Origin: Callorhinchus milii
Taxonomy: Eukaryota
NCBI RefSeq assembly: GCF_018977255.1
Contig: NW_024704742.1
Span: 14,138,001-14,202,000 of the forward strand
Length of the DNA stretch: 64,000 bases
Direction of reading: 5' to 3'
Translations under genes and position numbers: made by a program
Shown: piece by piece, positions 12,601 to 25,714 of the stretch
How the letters are laid out: every line of letters starts with the position of its first letter
Position numbering within the stretch: position 1 is the stretch's first letter
The notes under the pieces: generated by a model
The model's input: only the letters and a program-made list of their open reading frames with translations
Told to the model about the DNA's origin: nothing
Databases searched by the model: none

Positions 12601-15289
12601 CCTTCGCAATGCACCATCTTCAGTTGAAAGGCGAATGGGCAGGCAGCCTGCTCCCAGGTCATACAGAAATAGCCTCCAATAGGTCTGCAAGCATACACTG
12701 AAAGGTAATTCTTCCCTCTCCTCCAGTGGAGAAGCCTCAGAGTATGGCTCAGATTTATAATTCAGTGTGTAAACAATCCTGGATGGGACACTGACTCCAT
12801 TCACCTTGCAGTATGTGAGTAATGGAGCTCCCTGTATTTTCACTATACCTGTTTCCGTTTCTTGTTCTTCTGCATCATGTGTTCTTTCACAGGTGTGCAT
12901 ATATATATATATTTTAAACAGCTGATAAAGGACTGTGAACAAATATTTATTCTTGCAATTGTGCTAAATTGCCATTGCTGGATCTATTATATGAATTCCT
13001 TTGGCTCCATTGCAATTTTTTTGTGGACTGATGGTGTTTGAAATGAGTTGCGTTACAACAGAAAGGTAGCGTAGAGATCATTTCTCTCCTGGTCTGTGCA
13101 GTCACAAAGATGATTTAAAAGCTGTTATCGATACATAGAAGGTGTTTCAACTTACAGCTTTGCTCTTCCTAACTTCCTGCGATAACCTGCAATTTCAGAA
13201 CTTCTCTTGAGGGAGCCAAGAAGTTACACAGCTGATCTGAATATCAGACAGAGACGGCAAGCCAATTCTTAAGGAAATCCAGAAACTGCCAACCAGCACA
13301 GACCTGGTAGAAATCAGGAGGTATATGGGCAGGAAATATTATCAGCTATTTATATCAGCGAGCATGGATCATCCCAGATCTGATGTTTACCAAAAATATA
13401 TAGGCCTGCCCTGGCTGTCAATGTCTGCGTTCCTAGGTAAGTGGCTCTCAGGGGTGACCTGTAAGGAACACCAATGTATAAGGCGACACCAGTAATAACG
13501 GGTCTCCAAACAGACAAAGGCAACTATTTCTGTAAACTATGAACATCTTCTAACAGGTCTTTTTTTTCCACTGAATAATTTAGTGATGACTTTTCATTAA
13601 ATAGGGTCCTGGCCCCCATTTTGTCACTTAAACTCCCGCTTTGATCATCTCACACTAATGGTATTGTCCCACCTCACACAATCCCCGCATTGAACCCCAT
13701 ATTCATCTCCCCACCCCACACTGTCATTACACTGCCCCCATTCACAGCTCCCTGCCATTGCACCCGCACATTGTTCACCATTCTCAACTTCCCATTATTA
13801 TTGTAGCCTCACACTGCTCTCAGATTCCAAAGTCTATATATAATATCTGTTGCTGTGCTGGCCCTAACCTCTACAGCCTCCTATTCCAATCCTATCCTAG
13901 CTCCCAGCTCACTATAGAAGTACTCTACTTAGTATTTCCCTCACACCAATAATTCTGTCCTGTCTTCAAATTTCACATCTCTCTCAATGACTGGCCTGTC
14001 ATGGCTTGAAAATGTTGCTCATCAAGGTGACTGATGAGCAATGTCACTGCTGGAAAATTGAACACTTTCCCATGTTATGCTCCCATCACCAGCATCAGGC
14101 ACTCCTCTCATCATGTGTAAGAAAGCATAGTCCCAGAGTGCTCTACCTTATCACAATGCGCACAGTGGAGGCTTGAAACTTCTGGTCTAGCCATAAGAGT
14201 ATTGTCTTAAAGGTTAAGCTTGTCCATACTAATTTGTTTTTAGAATAGTGTAAAAGCAGGTTCCGAATTAAGGCTGAATTTAAAATGTTCCAAACTTGCC
14301 CACAACGTTAAATCTTAAGGCAGTGACCTGAAGCCTATGACCACGAGGAGCTTTGGGTCAGAAATGTGTCAATCCGCATAAAAATAACAGTATAGAGAAG
14401 CTGAATATTATTCCAGTTCAACTGCCTCAACCTCTGAGAATATCGCAAGGCTGTGATGTGTTGTCAGGTAACACTGAATTGGTTCCTAGTAAAACACCCA
14501 AACCTGGCACTAAGCTGTGTGTAACTTGTGTGTAGCAGGATGTAAGTTGACATGTGCACTGGAGACCTCAGTTTGCTCTGAACCTCAAAGCATCGCTGCA
14601 AACACATATGTGCAGACACCTCATGCACACCTGCTCTTCCAAAGTGCTGATTGGAGTTCGAGAGGAAATGGAGCACCTCTGGTAAATAGATGCGTACTTG
14701 CACTTGCAAAGTGCTGTTAGGGGTTTCAAAGGAAACAAAGCAGCTCTGTATAACACAATAGTCTGGTGGCACAAGTAAAGTGACATTATTTAATACAACT
14801 CACTCCCACCAGCCAGGTAAACGTAACAAAAAAATAATAAAGCTCCTTGTGTTCCAACATTGCATGCAAATCACATCCAAGTAATCTTCTATTGGAAGAA
14901 ATGTATATTAAGGGGTTATTATTATTAATATTATAATTATTATTACATCTTTAACGCAAGCAGCAACATTGACACTGAGTCTATGAACACTCAAAGAATA
15001 TTCTTACGGAGTCCAAGAAGGGATTGGAATAGGTAGCTCCCACAGATAGGGTCAATTGGTTAAACTGCCAGTGATTCATTTGATATGCATCAGCAGGACA
15101 TGTTCTACTTTCCACACTCAATAAGTCATTTTTCCCTAAGGGAATTTCTGACTTGTTGCTAGTTCTGGGCATTTTTACAATGTGAACCTACCAATAACAG
15201 GTAGCCAAGCTCAATTTCACAAGGATCCTTTTGAAAAAAGAAGAGAGAGCACAGAGGCTTTGATCGCATTAGCCTGGGTTGATTTAATG

Positions 15290-15402
15290 CAAAGAACATC
15301 ACAGCAGAGAAGAAGGCCATTTGGTCCATTGTGTCTTTGCTGGTTCTTTAAAAGAGCAATCCATTCAGTCCTCTTTACCTGCCTTTTCCCAGTGCCCTGC
15401 AA
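15290..15402 (-). mobile_element. CR1 3' end fragment
   Basis: CAGCAGAGAAGAAGGCCATTTGGTCCATTGTGTCT..CTTTTCCCAGTGCCCTGCA. Confidence 0.6.
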
Positions 15403-15923
15403 ATTATAGCAGCTTTGGAAGTATATTGTGCTGATCTATTGGAGTGCGCAGTTTCTCCCTCCTTGGCTTTGACTCTATATGGTTTCAATATAAAAACTAT
15501 TGCCAGTGATAATGATCACAAGGATAGAATTTGTAATTGTTTTGTGTTCAAACCTATATGGCTGCTTGGGCTAGAATACCACTTTGATTTTCAGAGAATG
15601 TTTTCTCCCACTGGCATCTTTTTCAGTATTCGTTTAATTTTAAACTAGCTAACAGAATATCTTTTAATTTATAATTTTTCATTCATATTCTGGTGAAGAA
15701 AGCTGAAACCCACACTCTGCCTGGTCTCATGTATAATTTACCTGATTGTCCGTCCTCGACCCTAAGAAAAAATATATTTTGGGGGCTGGAGAGAGCTTGG
15801 ATTTCAAGTCTCTTTGTCAAAAATTAACAGATACATGATGGAGAATTAATTTAAAAGATGTTCTTGCATTTGTGTTTGAAATCTTTACTTTAAATGCATG
15901 ATGGAGAAATCCATTAAATCCAT

Positions 15924-16320
15924 TCTGACTCTTCTGAGTCAGAAAGTTGTGGGTTCAAACCCCACATCAGGGCTTTGAACTCACAGTCCAGGCTGTCAGT
16001 GCAGTGCTGGGGGTCGGTACATTGTTGGAGGTGCCATCTTCAGATGAAATGTTACACTGAGGCCCTATCTGCCTGTTTGGGGGGCATTAAGGTCTCAAGG
16101 CACTATTCAAAAAGAGCAGAGAGCTTCTCCTATTATTGTAGCCTGCAATCCTCCAAGTAAAATTGGTCATTCATTTCATGGCTGTACAAAGGACAGTGCT
16201 GGGTGCAAATTGGCTGCCGCTTTCATTTACAGAATACATTACACTTTACAGTAAATCTTGTGAAGCGGTTCAAGATGTCCACTCAAAGGGAAAGGTGTTG
16301 AATCATATGCAAGGATTATG
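15924..16320 (+). mobile_element. Near full-length old DeuSINE (SacSINE1/AmnSINE1-like)
   Basis: tRNA-like head TCTGAGTCAGAAAGTTGTGGGTTCAAACCCCAC, GGAGGTGCCATCTTCAGATGA, Deu core GCAAATTGGCTGCCGC and an L2-like tail. Confidence 0.75.
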
Positions 16321-18363
16321 AAGGGCTATCATAAGATGGTGCCAAGCAAACTGGAAACAAGCCGATGGCAGGAGTTGGAGGATGTTCAACGTGCCCCAAC
16401 GGGTAGCTTAAAGTTGAAGATAATACAATCGCAAATTCTATCCTTATGATAATTATGGCCAGAAATAGTTATCACATGATAATAATTCACATGGATTGGT
16501 TATGAAACTTCTCTAATTTACCCGCTAAGTTCTGTAAAACAGTCGTAACAGTCTCCAAGCAGCAGTCTGGGGATGAATAATGATCTACATTTTGAACACA
16601 GAGTGACCCAAATAGGGTTAGTTCACATTAATTTACAGAAAATCAAACCTATCTGGACACTTCTTGTTCTATGTGCCTGGCCACCCGCTTGTTTCTTTTT
16701 CCTAACTAACATGCAGAGAGACAAAATGTTCAGTTCTGTTACCAGTTTCCCTGCTGTCACACCAGTTATCGAATGACTGGCTCCCATCTGTGTCTGGAGC
16801 CTAGTAACAAAGACTATTTTTTTAAATTCTCAAATAAAATCCTATCTGCCAGCTGGATATCAAGTTGGAGGCATTGGATTGCTGACAGTTCTGAGGGAGT
16901 AATATCCAATCTGTTTATGTGATTTTAATATAACAATTTTTTAACTGATATTAGTCCCTGGCAGTCTAATGGGGAGGAGTGACACAGTCCCACTGGGAAT
17001 GTATCTGTCTCATCCTGGCAGTGCAGTGGAGCCAGGGTCAGGCAATCTTGGCAGCTTGTCATATTAAGTGAGCTTGTTTGAGTAGCTGAAATCACAATTT
17101 TAGAGTAGTTTCACCCACAATAGGTAAAATCGCAGCAACGAGGAGAATGTAAAGGAAAATCCTCCACAACCTTGTTTTTTTTTCTTAAAGGAGCCTTTTT
17201 GATGCTGGGAAACAAGAGTAAAAGCTGATCGATGTAGGTGGGTAGGGCATCTCTTAAGTGGGTGGTTTAGAGAACCCAATATTTGGATTCAGTTGAGCCG
17301 CATCAGTACCTAAAACCCATCCCTGCTCTATGCTTGTTGTCTGCTTCAGACACCTTCTTGCAAATTTTCAGGTAACCCGTCTTTCAGACTCATTGCCCTG
17401 CCTCAGCTTCCTGCTAAACATCTCACTTGTTTTGTCTGCCTGTCTGTCTGTCTGTCTGTCCGAGATCCACGGTTACTGCATCACTGGCATTGATCTTCTT
17501 TAGCCCCATTCTGTGCTCTGTCTCTGTGCTGAGCCTCTATGCTCAGCAACCATGCTCAGTCAGACTGATCTGTACATCCCAGCTTGAAAGGCTGGAGGTA
17601 ATTGAGCAACACATTGCCCAAGGTGCAAATCAAAGAAATGTTTCTACTGCTGATGAACAAAATGACTGTGTCCTGGGTTGCTGCCTGGTGGAAACCTTTC
17701 TCCAATTTGCCTGCAGGTAAAGAGGAGCTATGATAACACGTACTGCAACAGTAAAGGAAGGCAGCAGTGAAGAAGAAGAAGAATATTATTGACTAAAAAG
17801 AATTATCCCTTTATCTTTGCTGTCTTTGCCCTTCACTGAGTTTTCTAAAACTAACAGTTAACTTGAACTCCACAAACAGGAAGAGGAAAATCAGAGGCTA
17901 AGTATCCAGTGAATTGTGATCAAACTTTCACTCCCATATCTACAATATCCCCCCCTCCCTCCCCTCCACCTGGCTCTAGACTTACACTATGCTCTTGACA
18001 TTTCAAATTGACAATTTCTTAGAAGCAGTATTAATTTGTAAGTTGGCTTTCAGTGCCTTCTTTATGAGCTATAAGTTATGAGCTTCAAAAATTAAAAATT
18101 GATGTAAGAGTTTGCCAAATTCTCCACCCTCTGAAATGTTGAAATAAAATTTGTACTTAGACCCACCTCAGATCAGATCATGTGTTTACCTTTAGACTCC
18201 AACCTCTACCTCCCTCTACTCTATCTTTCTCCTGCTCAATATTCTCTCACTCTCTCTTCCCTAAACTTAGTGATGTGTTTCAGTGATGGACCTGGTACCT
18301 CTATCTCCCTCATTATATGTTTTGGACTTACTGTGGGCTTGGAGAATCCGCCTCTCCCTCATA

Positions 18364-18512
18364 TAACAAAAACAGGGAGCTGGGAAAACTCAGCAGGTCA
18401 GGGAGCATCTATGGAGAAAAGAAAGTGAGTCAATGTTTCGGGTCCACGACCCTTTGTCAGAACGTCAGATTTTGTTTCAGATTCCAACATCTGCAGTACC
18501 TTGTGTTTTTGT
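18364..18512. mobile_element. Penelope-like-element-derived fragment with a degenerate minimal hammerhead core (minus strand 18460-18435)
   Basis: CTCAGCAGGTCAGGGAGCATCTATGGAG..GTTTCGGGTCCACGACCCTTTGTCAG..TTCAGATTCCAACATCTGCAGT resembles the shark Penelope terminal repeat as I recall it. Confidence 0.7.
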
Positions 18513-19012
18513 TTCTCCCTCATATATGCTGATTTCCATATCCCTGTTGTATCTCTTTTGTCTGTTATGGAACTGACAGATTTCTCCCTCTTGTGAACAC
18601 ATAAAGGCTTTTCTCCTTCTACTTCATGAATCTTTGTCTCCTTAAAGTAAAAATTGGCTGATTTCACATCACTCTTAGATTGGGACAGTAGACAATCCCT
18701 AACCATCTGACTGCAAGGATGGAGGAAGAACAAACAACACTAGTTAATATTAAAGATCAGTAAGCAAGCAGGAGAGTAATTGAAACATCTCTGAATAGGA
18801 AGGGCCATTCCCACATTGGATAAATTCTTATTGAAAAGGCGGGAATGAAAGATAGGCAGAGAGTAAAAGGCACACGAAAAAACATCTTTGAAAGCAAAAG
18901 ATCAGGTATGAGGATTTCAAAGGCACGAGGAGAGGGTGTGAGGAGCATCAGCTCTATAGTAGTGATGTGAAGGTTCTGTGAATGACTTTGCAGGAATAAA
19001 TGGGATGAACAA

Positions 19013-19120
19013 AATTCCTTGCATTTGATATAGCACCTTATCACATCTTTGAGATGTCTCAAAGCACTTCACAGAATATACTGTAAACTGAATTGACTGT
19101 ATATTTTGTGGGTGGAACAT
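19013..19120 (-). mobile_element. SINE 3' fragment
   Basis: CCTTGCATTTGATATAGCACC..AAAGCACTTCACAGAATATACTGTAAA. Confidence 0.8.
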
Positions 19121-20529
19121 GAAGAAGTGAAGAAGGTCTCAGAAGCAAGTTGAGAAATAGGAAGAGAGATCAGAGTGGAATAGAAAAGTATGGCTTGGGA
19201 GCATGGAATGGATGGGAGAGGAAATGATAATTGTAACGCCTTTACTATTTTTTCAAAGTGAATTAAATCTGGTATTCATTGGCTGCACAACCTGCACAGG
19301 TCTGTAGCAGAAAGTGAGATTTGAAGGTTCAAATTTAATTGAGAGAAATAGTCAAGGGTGGTCACTCATTATTGGCGTGAGATTTTTCATTATTGTTTTG
19401 ACAACAATTAAAAGCCAAAATTATAGAATAGATTTACACGAATGCCACAGTTAGCCAGTAGATTATGTGAAAACTGGTTTGAATATAATTTTATTCTGAA
19501 ATATTCTCAGTTGCTAAGATCGCATTCTGTTTATATTCTGGGTTAGATCCACTGCACCAGCAGTAACACAAAAATAACACTTGTCTAGTTCTTGATTTCC
19601 CAGTTGATGTTTTTGTTCCTGTTTTGCTGACAGGATTAAAAATATTGAAGTTCCAGCAATAAGGCAGATTTTGTAAAATAAAAAGATGAAACGCAAGGGG
19701 AACAAACTGCCAACACATGGGGTGGAACTGAAAATTACAGGGTGTGCATTAAAATGTTCATTGTATTCAGTTCATTACCAAAGCCTGGAAGGGATTGTGA
19801 ACCTTCTCACCCTAATTTTGGCACAATGATTGATCCACTGAATTTGACCCCCTCCTGAACGTCATACAATGGTTGACTCCTCCTGAACTTGATGCAATGG
19901 TTGACCCCTGTAAATTGAGACAATGATTGACTTCCCCTCCCCCTCTGAGACACTGATTCCCCCCACCACACACGCACACACACACACACAATTTGCCTCA
20001 GTGGTTAGGCCTGAAGGAGCTACTACTGCAGTTGCAGCTGATTAGGGAATGTGGCATTTGAGTGACGTCAGTGTCCCATTGAAGAGCCACTCTTTACTCC
20101 TGCCAGCTGCAATAACAATGGCTGGCAGCCGCCAGGCAATCTTTGTGTCGATATTAGGGTATGGGTTACACCCGTGGACAGTAGATAATTATCAACTGTT
20201 TTTATGGCAGGTTTTGGTGATCTACCTCATACCGGTGATAATTATCAAATCACGTGCCTTATTTTTCATTTCACTAAATAGCAGCACAGTGCAAAATGAT
20301 AACAATGAGAGTAAAAGATGTGTTACTCAACTGACCCAAGGATTTAAAAGGCATTTATAACCCATTCAAATGAAAGACAACACCATACTTTTTTACATGA
20401 CTTCATGGCCATCAGCAGAGCATTGGATCTGGAACACATTGAATAATAGAAGCAGTTACATATGCTGTTGTGCCCATGAGATGACCTCTTTATTGCATGA
20501 TTCAGACTTCACTTCTCTCCAATATGACA

Positions 20530-21030
20530 TCTCAGCTCTGAATTATACTCCTTTGCAGTGTTGGGGAAGTGCTATATTATTGAAGATGCCATCAATATAT
20601 ACAGGCAATTCACTTTACAGCATATTCTGCAAAGCACTTTTGAGATGTCTGGAAGACGTGAAAAACACTAGATCAAATGCAAGGATTATTATTATATGAT
20701 ATTATCCTTCAATGAGAAATTAAACCAAAGTCCTGTCTGCCTGTTCAGGTGTGCAATAAAAATACCATAGCATTATTCAAAAAGAGAAGGGAGATTTGAT
20801 AAGAGAAGGGAGTTTCTCTCAGTGTCCTGGCCAACAGTTCCACATGTAACATAGGTTCTCAACTTCAAGACTATTTGTGGGACATTATTGTGTGCAAATT
20901 GAGTGCCGGGTTTGCCTACAAAATACACAGTCACTACCGTTTAGAGTAAATCCTGTGAAGTGCTTTGAGACAGTCCCCTGTGAAAGTCCCTAGGCACAGC
21001 AGAGATTTTATATTGCTATTATTATTATAA
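20530..21030 (+). mobile_element. Old DeuSINE with a nested younger SINE 3' fragment (about 20594-20697)
   Basis: GAAGATGCCATC, then the insert ending GCAAGGATTATTATT, then CCTTCAATGAGAAATTAAACC..GTCCTGGCCAAC..TTTGTGGGACATT. Confidence 0.7.
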
Positions 21031-21565
21031 TAGCATATTTATGTATGATCAACTCAAAGGGCTTATAGCATCCAAACTAGTAGAGGCAAAATATATGTTG
21101 GTGTTTGAATGATTGATACCTTGTGCTATTAGCCCATCTGCATAAGATGTGATCCATGCAAACAGCAGCATAACATCAGTACACAAGCCGAATGGAGTTT
21201 GCTGACACTGCAGACTCCATTACGTTACTCTATCTTGTCAACTATTTGAATGAATTTGTTTCTTTTATTTTAAAAAAGTCCACTGGAAGTTTATTCAGGA
21301 AGAAGAAAGCAGTATTGATTTGCTTTTAAATTTTCATTAATGCAGATGCCCTTCAGATACTTGGTAAGCAGCACCATATGGGAAGTAGATTTCTTGGTAA
21401 AGATTTCTTGTTTCCCTTGGCTCCATCTGCTGCCTGTCATCTTCCACACAGCATTATGGATATTTTAAGGTCACAACTTCTAGGATGTCATTGCAGAACA
21501 ATCTGTTTTGTTCCACTTTTACTTTAGTCTCTGACTTATTTAACAGGCTCATTACCAACATCACT

Positions 21566-21680
21566 TGTGGAGTCCTGCAGCTCAGTGGTTATACAAGCAA
21601 TTCACTCGCGTCGCAAGCGAGAGACCTGGGTTCTATTCCCAGCAGGGTGAAATGTTGGGCAATTTTACTTACACCACACG
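21566..21680 (+). mobile_element. SINE 5' head fragment (tRNA-like)
   Basis: TGTGGAGTCCTGCAGCTCAGTGG..GAGACCTGGGTTCTATTCCCAGCAGGG. Confidence 0.8.
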
Positions 21681-23204
21681 AATGCAGGTCCTACGTTGTG
21701 ATCAAGATCTTTTTGTACATTTGAATGCTTTTTTTCCCCTCTATTTTTCCAGCAAGTCCTGATCATTTCCTTCACTTTTGCTGTAAAAACCTCAGCAGGT
21801 TATCATCTAGTCCTCTATAAATGTACTGACCTTGACATTATTAGATGTTTAATAGGATTTTCCTATTATGAGTGCCCATGCAGCGAGCTTGCTAAGAAAT
21901 ATTGACCAGCAGAGAGTAATTCCTGGAAATCAAAACAATGATGATGATAATAGTGCATTCAATAATGAGGAAATGCATTCTGCTAAAATGTGTCCAGAAT
22001 AGGTTCTGCATTCTGGAAGCACAACATAGTCGTTTTGTAAACCAATTGGATCAAAACCCCTTTGATATGACAATTTTGCAATTTTATTTCCCAGATCGAA
22101 ACTCAGGTGCATTTACTGTATTTTGTAAAATAATAGAATCCTTGGTCATAGGGAGTGCTGAAGAGCAAAGTCATTGCTCTTCACCTTTGCGACTGATGTA
22201 TACAACTAATCCAGAGAAATAAAATATAGTCCTTCTTAGTTTCAAGTGAAAGTTTAACTTGGGGGAGGGGGCTGGGAGATGAAAAAGGACGTTTTACAGA
22301 TTCAGCTTTAGGTCTAACCTTCCACAGGATCTAAGTAGAGAGAACACTAGGGTGTAGTTTCCAGGATTTAGTAATGGGATTTCTTAATATGGAAACAAGC
22401 AAATGGGACTCTTTCTGGCAGTTGGAAATACGTCACATTACACCTTGGAACTGCTCTAATAATATCCATTTCCAGAGGAGGGTTCTCATAGAATTTCTCA
22501 TGTGAAGCCTTATTGAGGAAGCCCCTTAAAATCGCACACAAATTAGACTGCACTGAATGCTACCAATCAGAAGGAATTCTCACGTTCGACACTGAATTGT
22601 TTAATGGGCAGATAATTGCACTCTCTTTTGAGGCAGATCTATGCCATACACTACTGAGCTTGATTTAAAATTAGCATATTGATTTCCCAGTGTATTTGCA
22701 CGTACATTTAACTATAACAAAGGTAGCTCAACATATTTAGATTTTCTGTCATTTCATGCATTATCGCCTCAATTGTTCATTTCTCAGGAATGTGATTTTA
22801 TTTTGCAGCAATCGTTCTACTGGTGATTCTTTGCAAACGTAATCTGAGGTTACAAAGGTTTAAGTAATTGATTGTGAATATATGTTTGAAACGGACATCA
22901 TTGGAATGGGATATTGTATCTTTAACACTGCTGCTCAATACAAAGGCAGAGTGATCTTTCACTCAGCTTAATGAGGACAAAACTATCAAATTAATGCTGA
23001 TATTTTGTTCTTTTTGTGACTGAGTAGGAGGTAAGTAAATGGGGCAGTATGACTGAATGGAAAAGCAAATAAGCAGAAAAATAATGAGTGTAACCAGGAT
23101 TTAAATGCTGCATTTGCATGGATACTTGTCAGTAAGACTGATTGCTTGGTGCTTGCTATAAAATGGGGTTGTGCAATTGAACTGTTTCCAAAGGACATTT
23201 GATT

Positions 23205-24659
23205 AGGGATCTGCTCAGCTGCCTCTGCCATTCCATCTTCTGCACCATCTCCCCCTCCCACCCCAGCCCCTACCCATCCCTCCCTCCACACCTTTGAATC
23301 TATCTCCCACTCCTCACCCACCACCACTATAAACCGCATGAAACCGACCACCTGCTCCCTCAACGCCATCCCTACCCCTCTTCTTACCTCCCAGTTCCAC
23401 CTCCTTGCTCCTCTACTCACAGACATCATCAACCTCTTCCTGTCCACTGGTACCATTCCCATCACATTAAAAACTGCCATCTTCACTCCTATCCTTAAAA
23501 ATCTCTCCCTGGATCCATTCCTGCTCTCAAACTACCGCCCCATCTCCAACCTTTCCTTCCTCTCCAACATCTTGGAACGAGTTATTGATTCCCAGCTTTG
23601 CTTTATCCTCTCCCTTCACTCCCTTCACGTACCCATCCAATTGGGTTTCCGTGCCGCCCACGGCACAGAAACAGCCCTGGTCAAACTGACAAATGACATT
23701 CTGTCCATCTGCGACCAGGGCTCCCTATGCCTCCTCGTCCTCCTTGACCTCTCTTTCTGCTGCCTTCGAAACCTCTCCTCTCACCTCAACCTTCACAGCT
23801 CTGTCCTTGACTGGTTTAGATCATAACTCTCACACTGCCTCCACTTCATCTCCACAAATGGTTCTCCTCTAGCCCTCGCATCAGCTCATGTGGCATTCCT
23901 CAGGGCTATGTCCTTAGTCCCCTCCTCTACAATATCTGTTAGCTCCCTCTTGGTGACATCATCTGCAGACATGGGGTCAACTTCCAATTGTTTGCGGATG
24001 ACACCGAACTGTACCTCTCTGCCTCCACCCTTGACTCCAGGACCACTGCTGTCCTGATGTTTTCAGACATTAAGTCCTGGATGAGAACCAATTTTCTTCA
24101 GTTGAACATCAACAAGACCGAGGCTCTCGTGATTGGCTCCCGTCAGAGTCTCCACACCTCAGGTGCTGACAGATTCACCATCCATGGATGCACCCTCCAC
24201 CTCATTAAGCCAGTCCGGAACCTTGGGGTCTTGTTTGACCCTCAACTATCCTTTCTACCGTACTGTGCCATGACCCGCTCTGCCTTCCCCACCTCTCCAA
24301 CATCACCCGGCTCTGCCACTGTCTCACACCGTAGACCGCCGAAACCTTCATTACATCGAGGCTTGACTATGCAAACTCCTTGCTTGTCATCCTCCCCAAC
24401 TCCTCCCTCCATAGGCTGCAGATCATCCGAAACTCTGCAGCCCGTGTCTTCTTACGCACCAGGCTCCATGACCCTGTTACCTCCATCCTTGCCCGACTCC
24501 ACTGGCTTCCCATCACACAGAGGATAAAGTTCAAGATCCTTGTCCACTCCTTCAAAGCCCTCCATGGCCTCACTCTGCCCTACTTCTGCGACCTCCTAAA
24601 CCCATACCATCCTGCTCGCTCCCTCCGCTCAGCGGGCTCTGGCCTGCTTCAAGTCCCCT
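23205..24659 (+). mobile_element. L2 LINE ORF2 fragment (RT), decayed and 3'-truncated
   Basis: NYRPISNLSFLSNILERV, QLGFRAAHGTETAL, FADDTELY and LHWLPITQRIKFKIL in ORFs 23338-23826, 23988-24527 and 24380-24688. Confidence 0.92.
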
Positions 24660-25317
24660 TCAAGTGCAAACGGTTGGACATTAGGTGAGGACAGGATCAA
24701 GCTTTTTTGTGATTTTCCCTTCCCATGGTCTAGTCATCTGGTGACCTGAGTGCAGGTGCTCAAGAAACCTGAGTTGGCGTGATTTCCCATTGTAAGCACA
24801 CAGTGCAAAAGGCCGATACATTTACCTCCCTCATTCTAATCTTTGTCTCGCTATTACAACATTTGTTAGGGTGGAATAGTTAATGATATTAACCAGCCTG
24901 ACAGAAAACAGGCAGAAAAAGTTTTCCGGATGTTGTACTGACTAACTGTGGAAGCAAAGTGGTGTTTACATTTCATTATCACAATAACTGAAAATAAGAA
25001 TTTCAAAAATTATTTCCTCTCAAGTTTTGGAGAGGCCACAATGACACGCTAAATGATTTAATAAGTTTAATTGGGATTTGGCCCTGATTCAAAGCTATTG
25101 CTGTAAAATACAGTGACACTTGAATTTGTGCCCAATGACAATCTATGTAGTGTGTTCAGCTCATCTTCCAGCCATCTCGGTTACTGCTGTGCGCTTGGTT
25201 AGGCATCAATGGGATCCTTCTTCAGTTCTCACTGAATGCTTTGGATTTTCTGCCTGGATAGCATAACACTTAAAAATAAAGATACAATTTAATTGGTTTT
25301 ATTTGTATTTTACTACT

Positions 25318-25640
25318 AATAATAATAATAATCCTTGCATCTGATATAGCACTTTTCACATCGGGAGGACGTCCCAAAGCGCTTCACCGAACACACTGTA
25401 AAGTGAATTGACTATATATTTGTGGGCGAACGCGGCAGCCAATTGCGCACAGCAATGTCCCACAAACAATCGTAGATTGAAAATGACCAATTTTATTATT
25501 GTTTTTGGTTTTGGAGGGATTATTGTTAGGCTCTGTGTGGAGTAAGGAAACTTGCCCAAGGTTTCGCCCTGCCTGGAATTGAACTCAGGTCTCTCGCTTG
25601 CAAAGCGAGTGCTCTAACCACTGAGCTACAGGACTCCACA
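25318..25640 (-). mobile_element. tRNA-Ala-like SINE, short young form
   Basis: A box TAGCTCAGTGG, anticodon arm CTCGC-TTTGCAA-GCGAG, B box GAGTTCAATTCC, Deu-like core, L2-like tail with (TTA)n. Confidence 0.92.
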
Positions 25641-25714
25641 GGACTCCTAATTACTAAACGATAATTAGGAATAAAATCAATGCTTGCCATTAATGTATTA
25701 TTTCTATCATATTG

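Noticed and set aside
12535..12942. 135-aa minus-strand ORF
   Set aside because: Starts at a non-ATG codon, runs into a CR1 3' end and has no recognisable homology.
21905..22002. Coding-looking frame QQRVIPGNQNNDDDNSAF.. and a box C-like ATGATGA
   Set aside because: No good acceptor and no matching D box or terminal stem.
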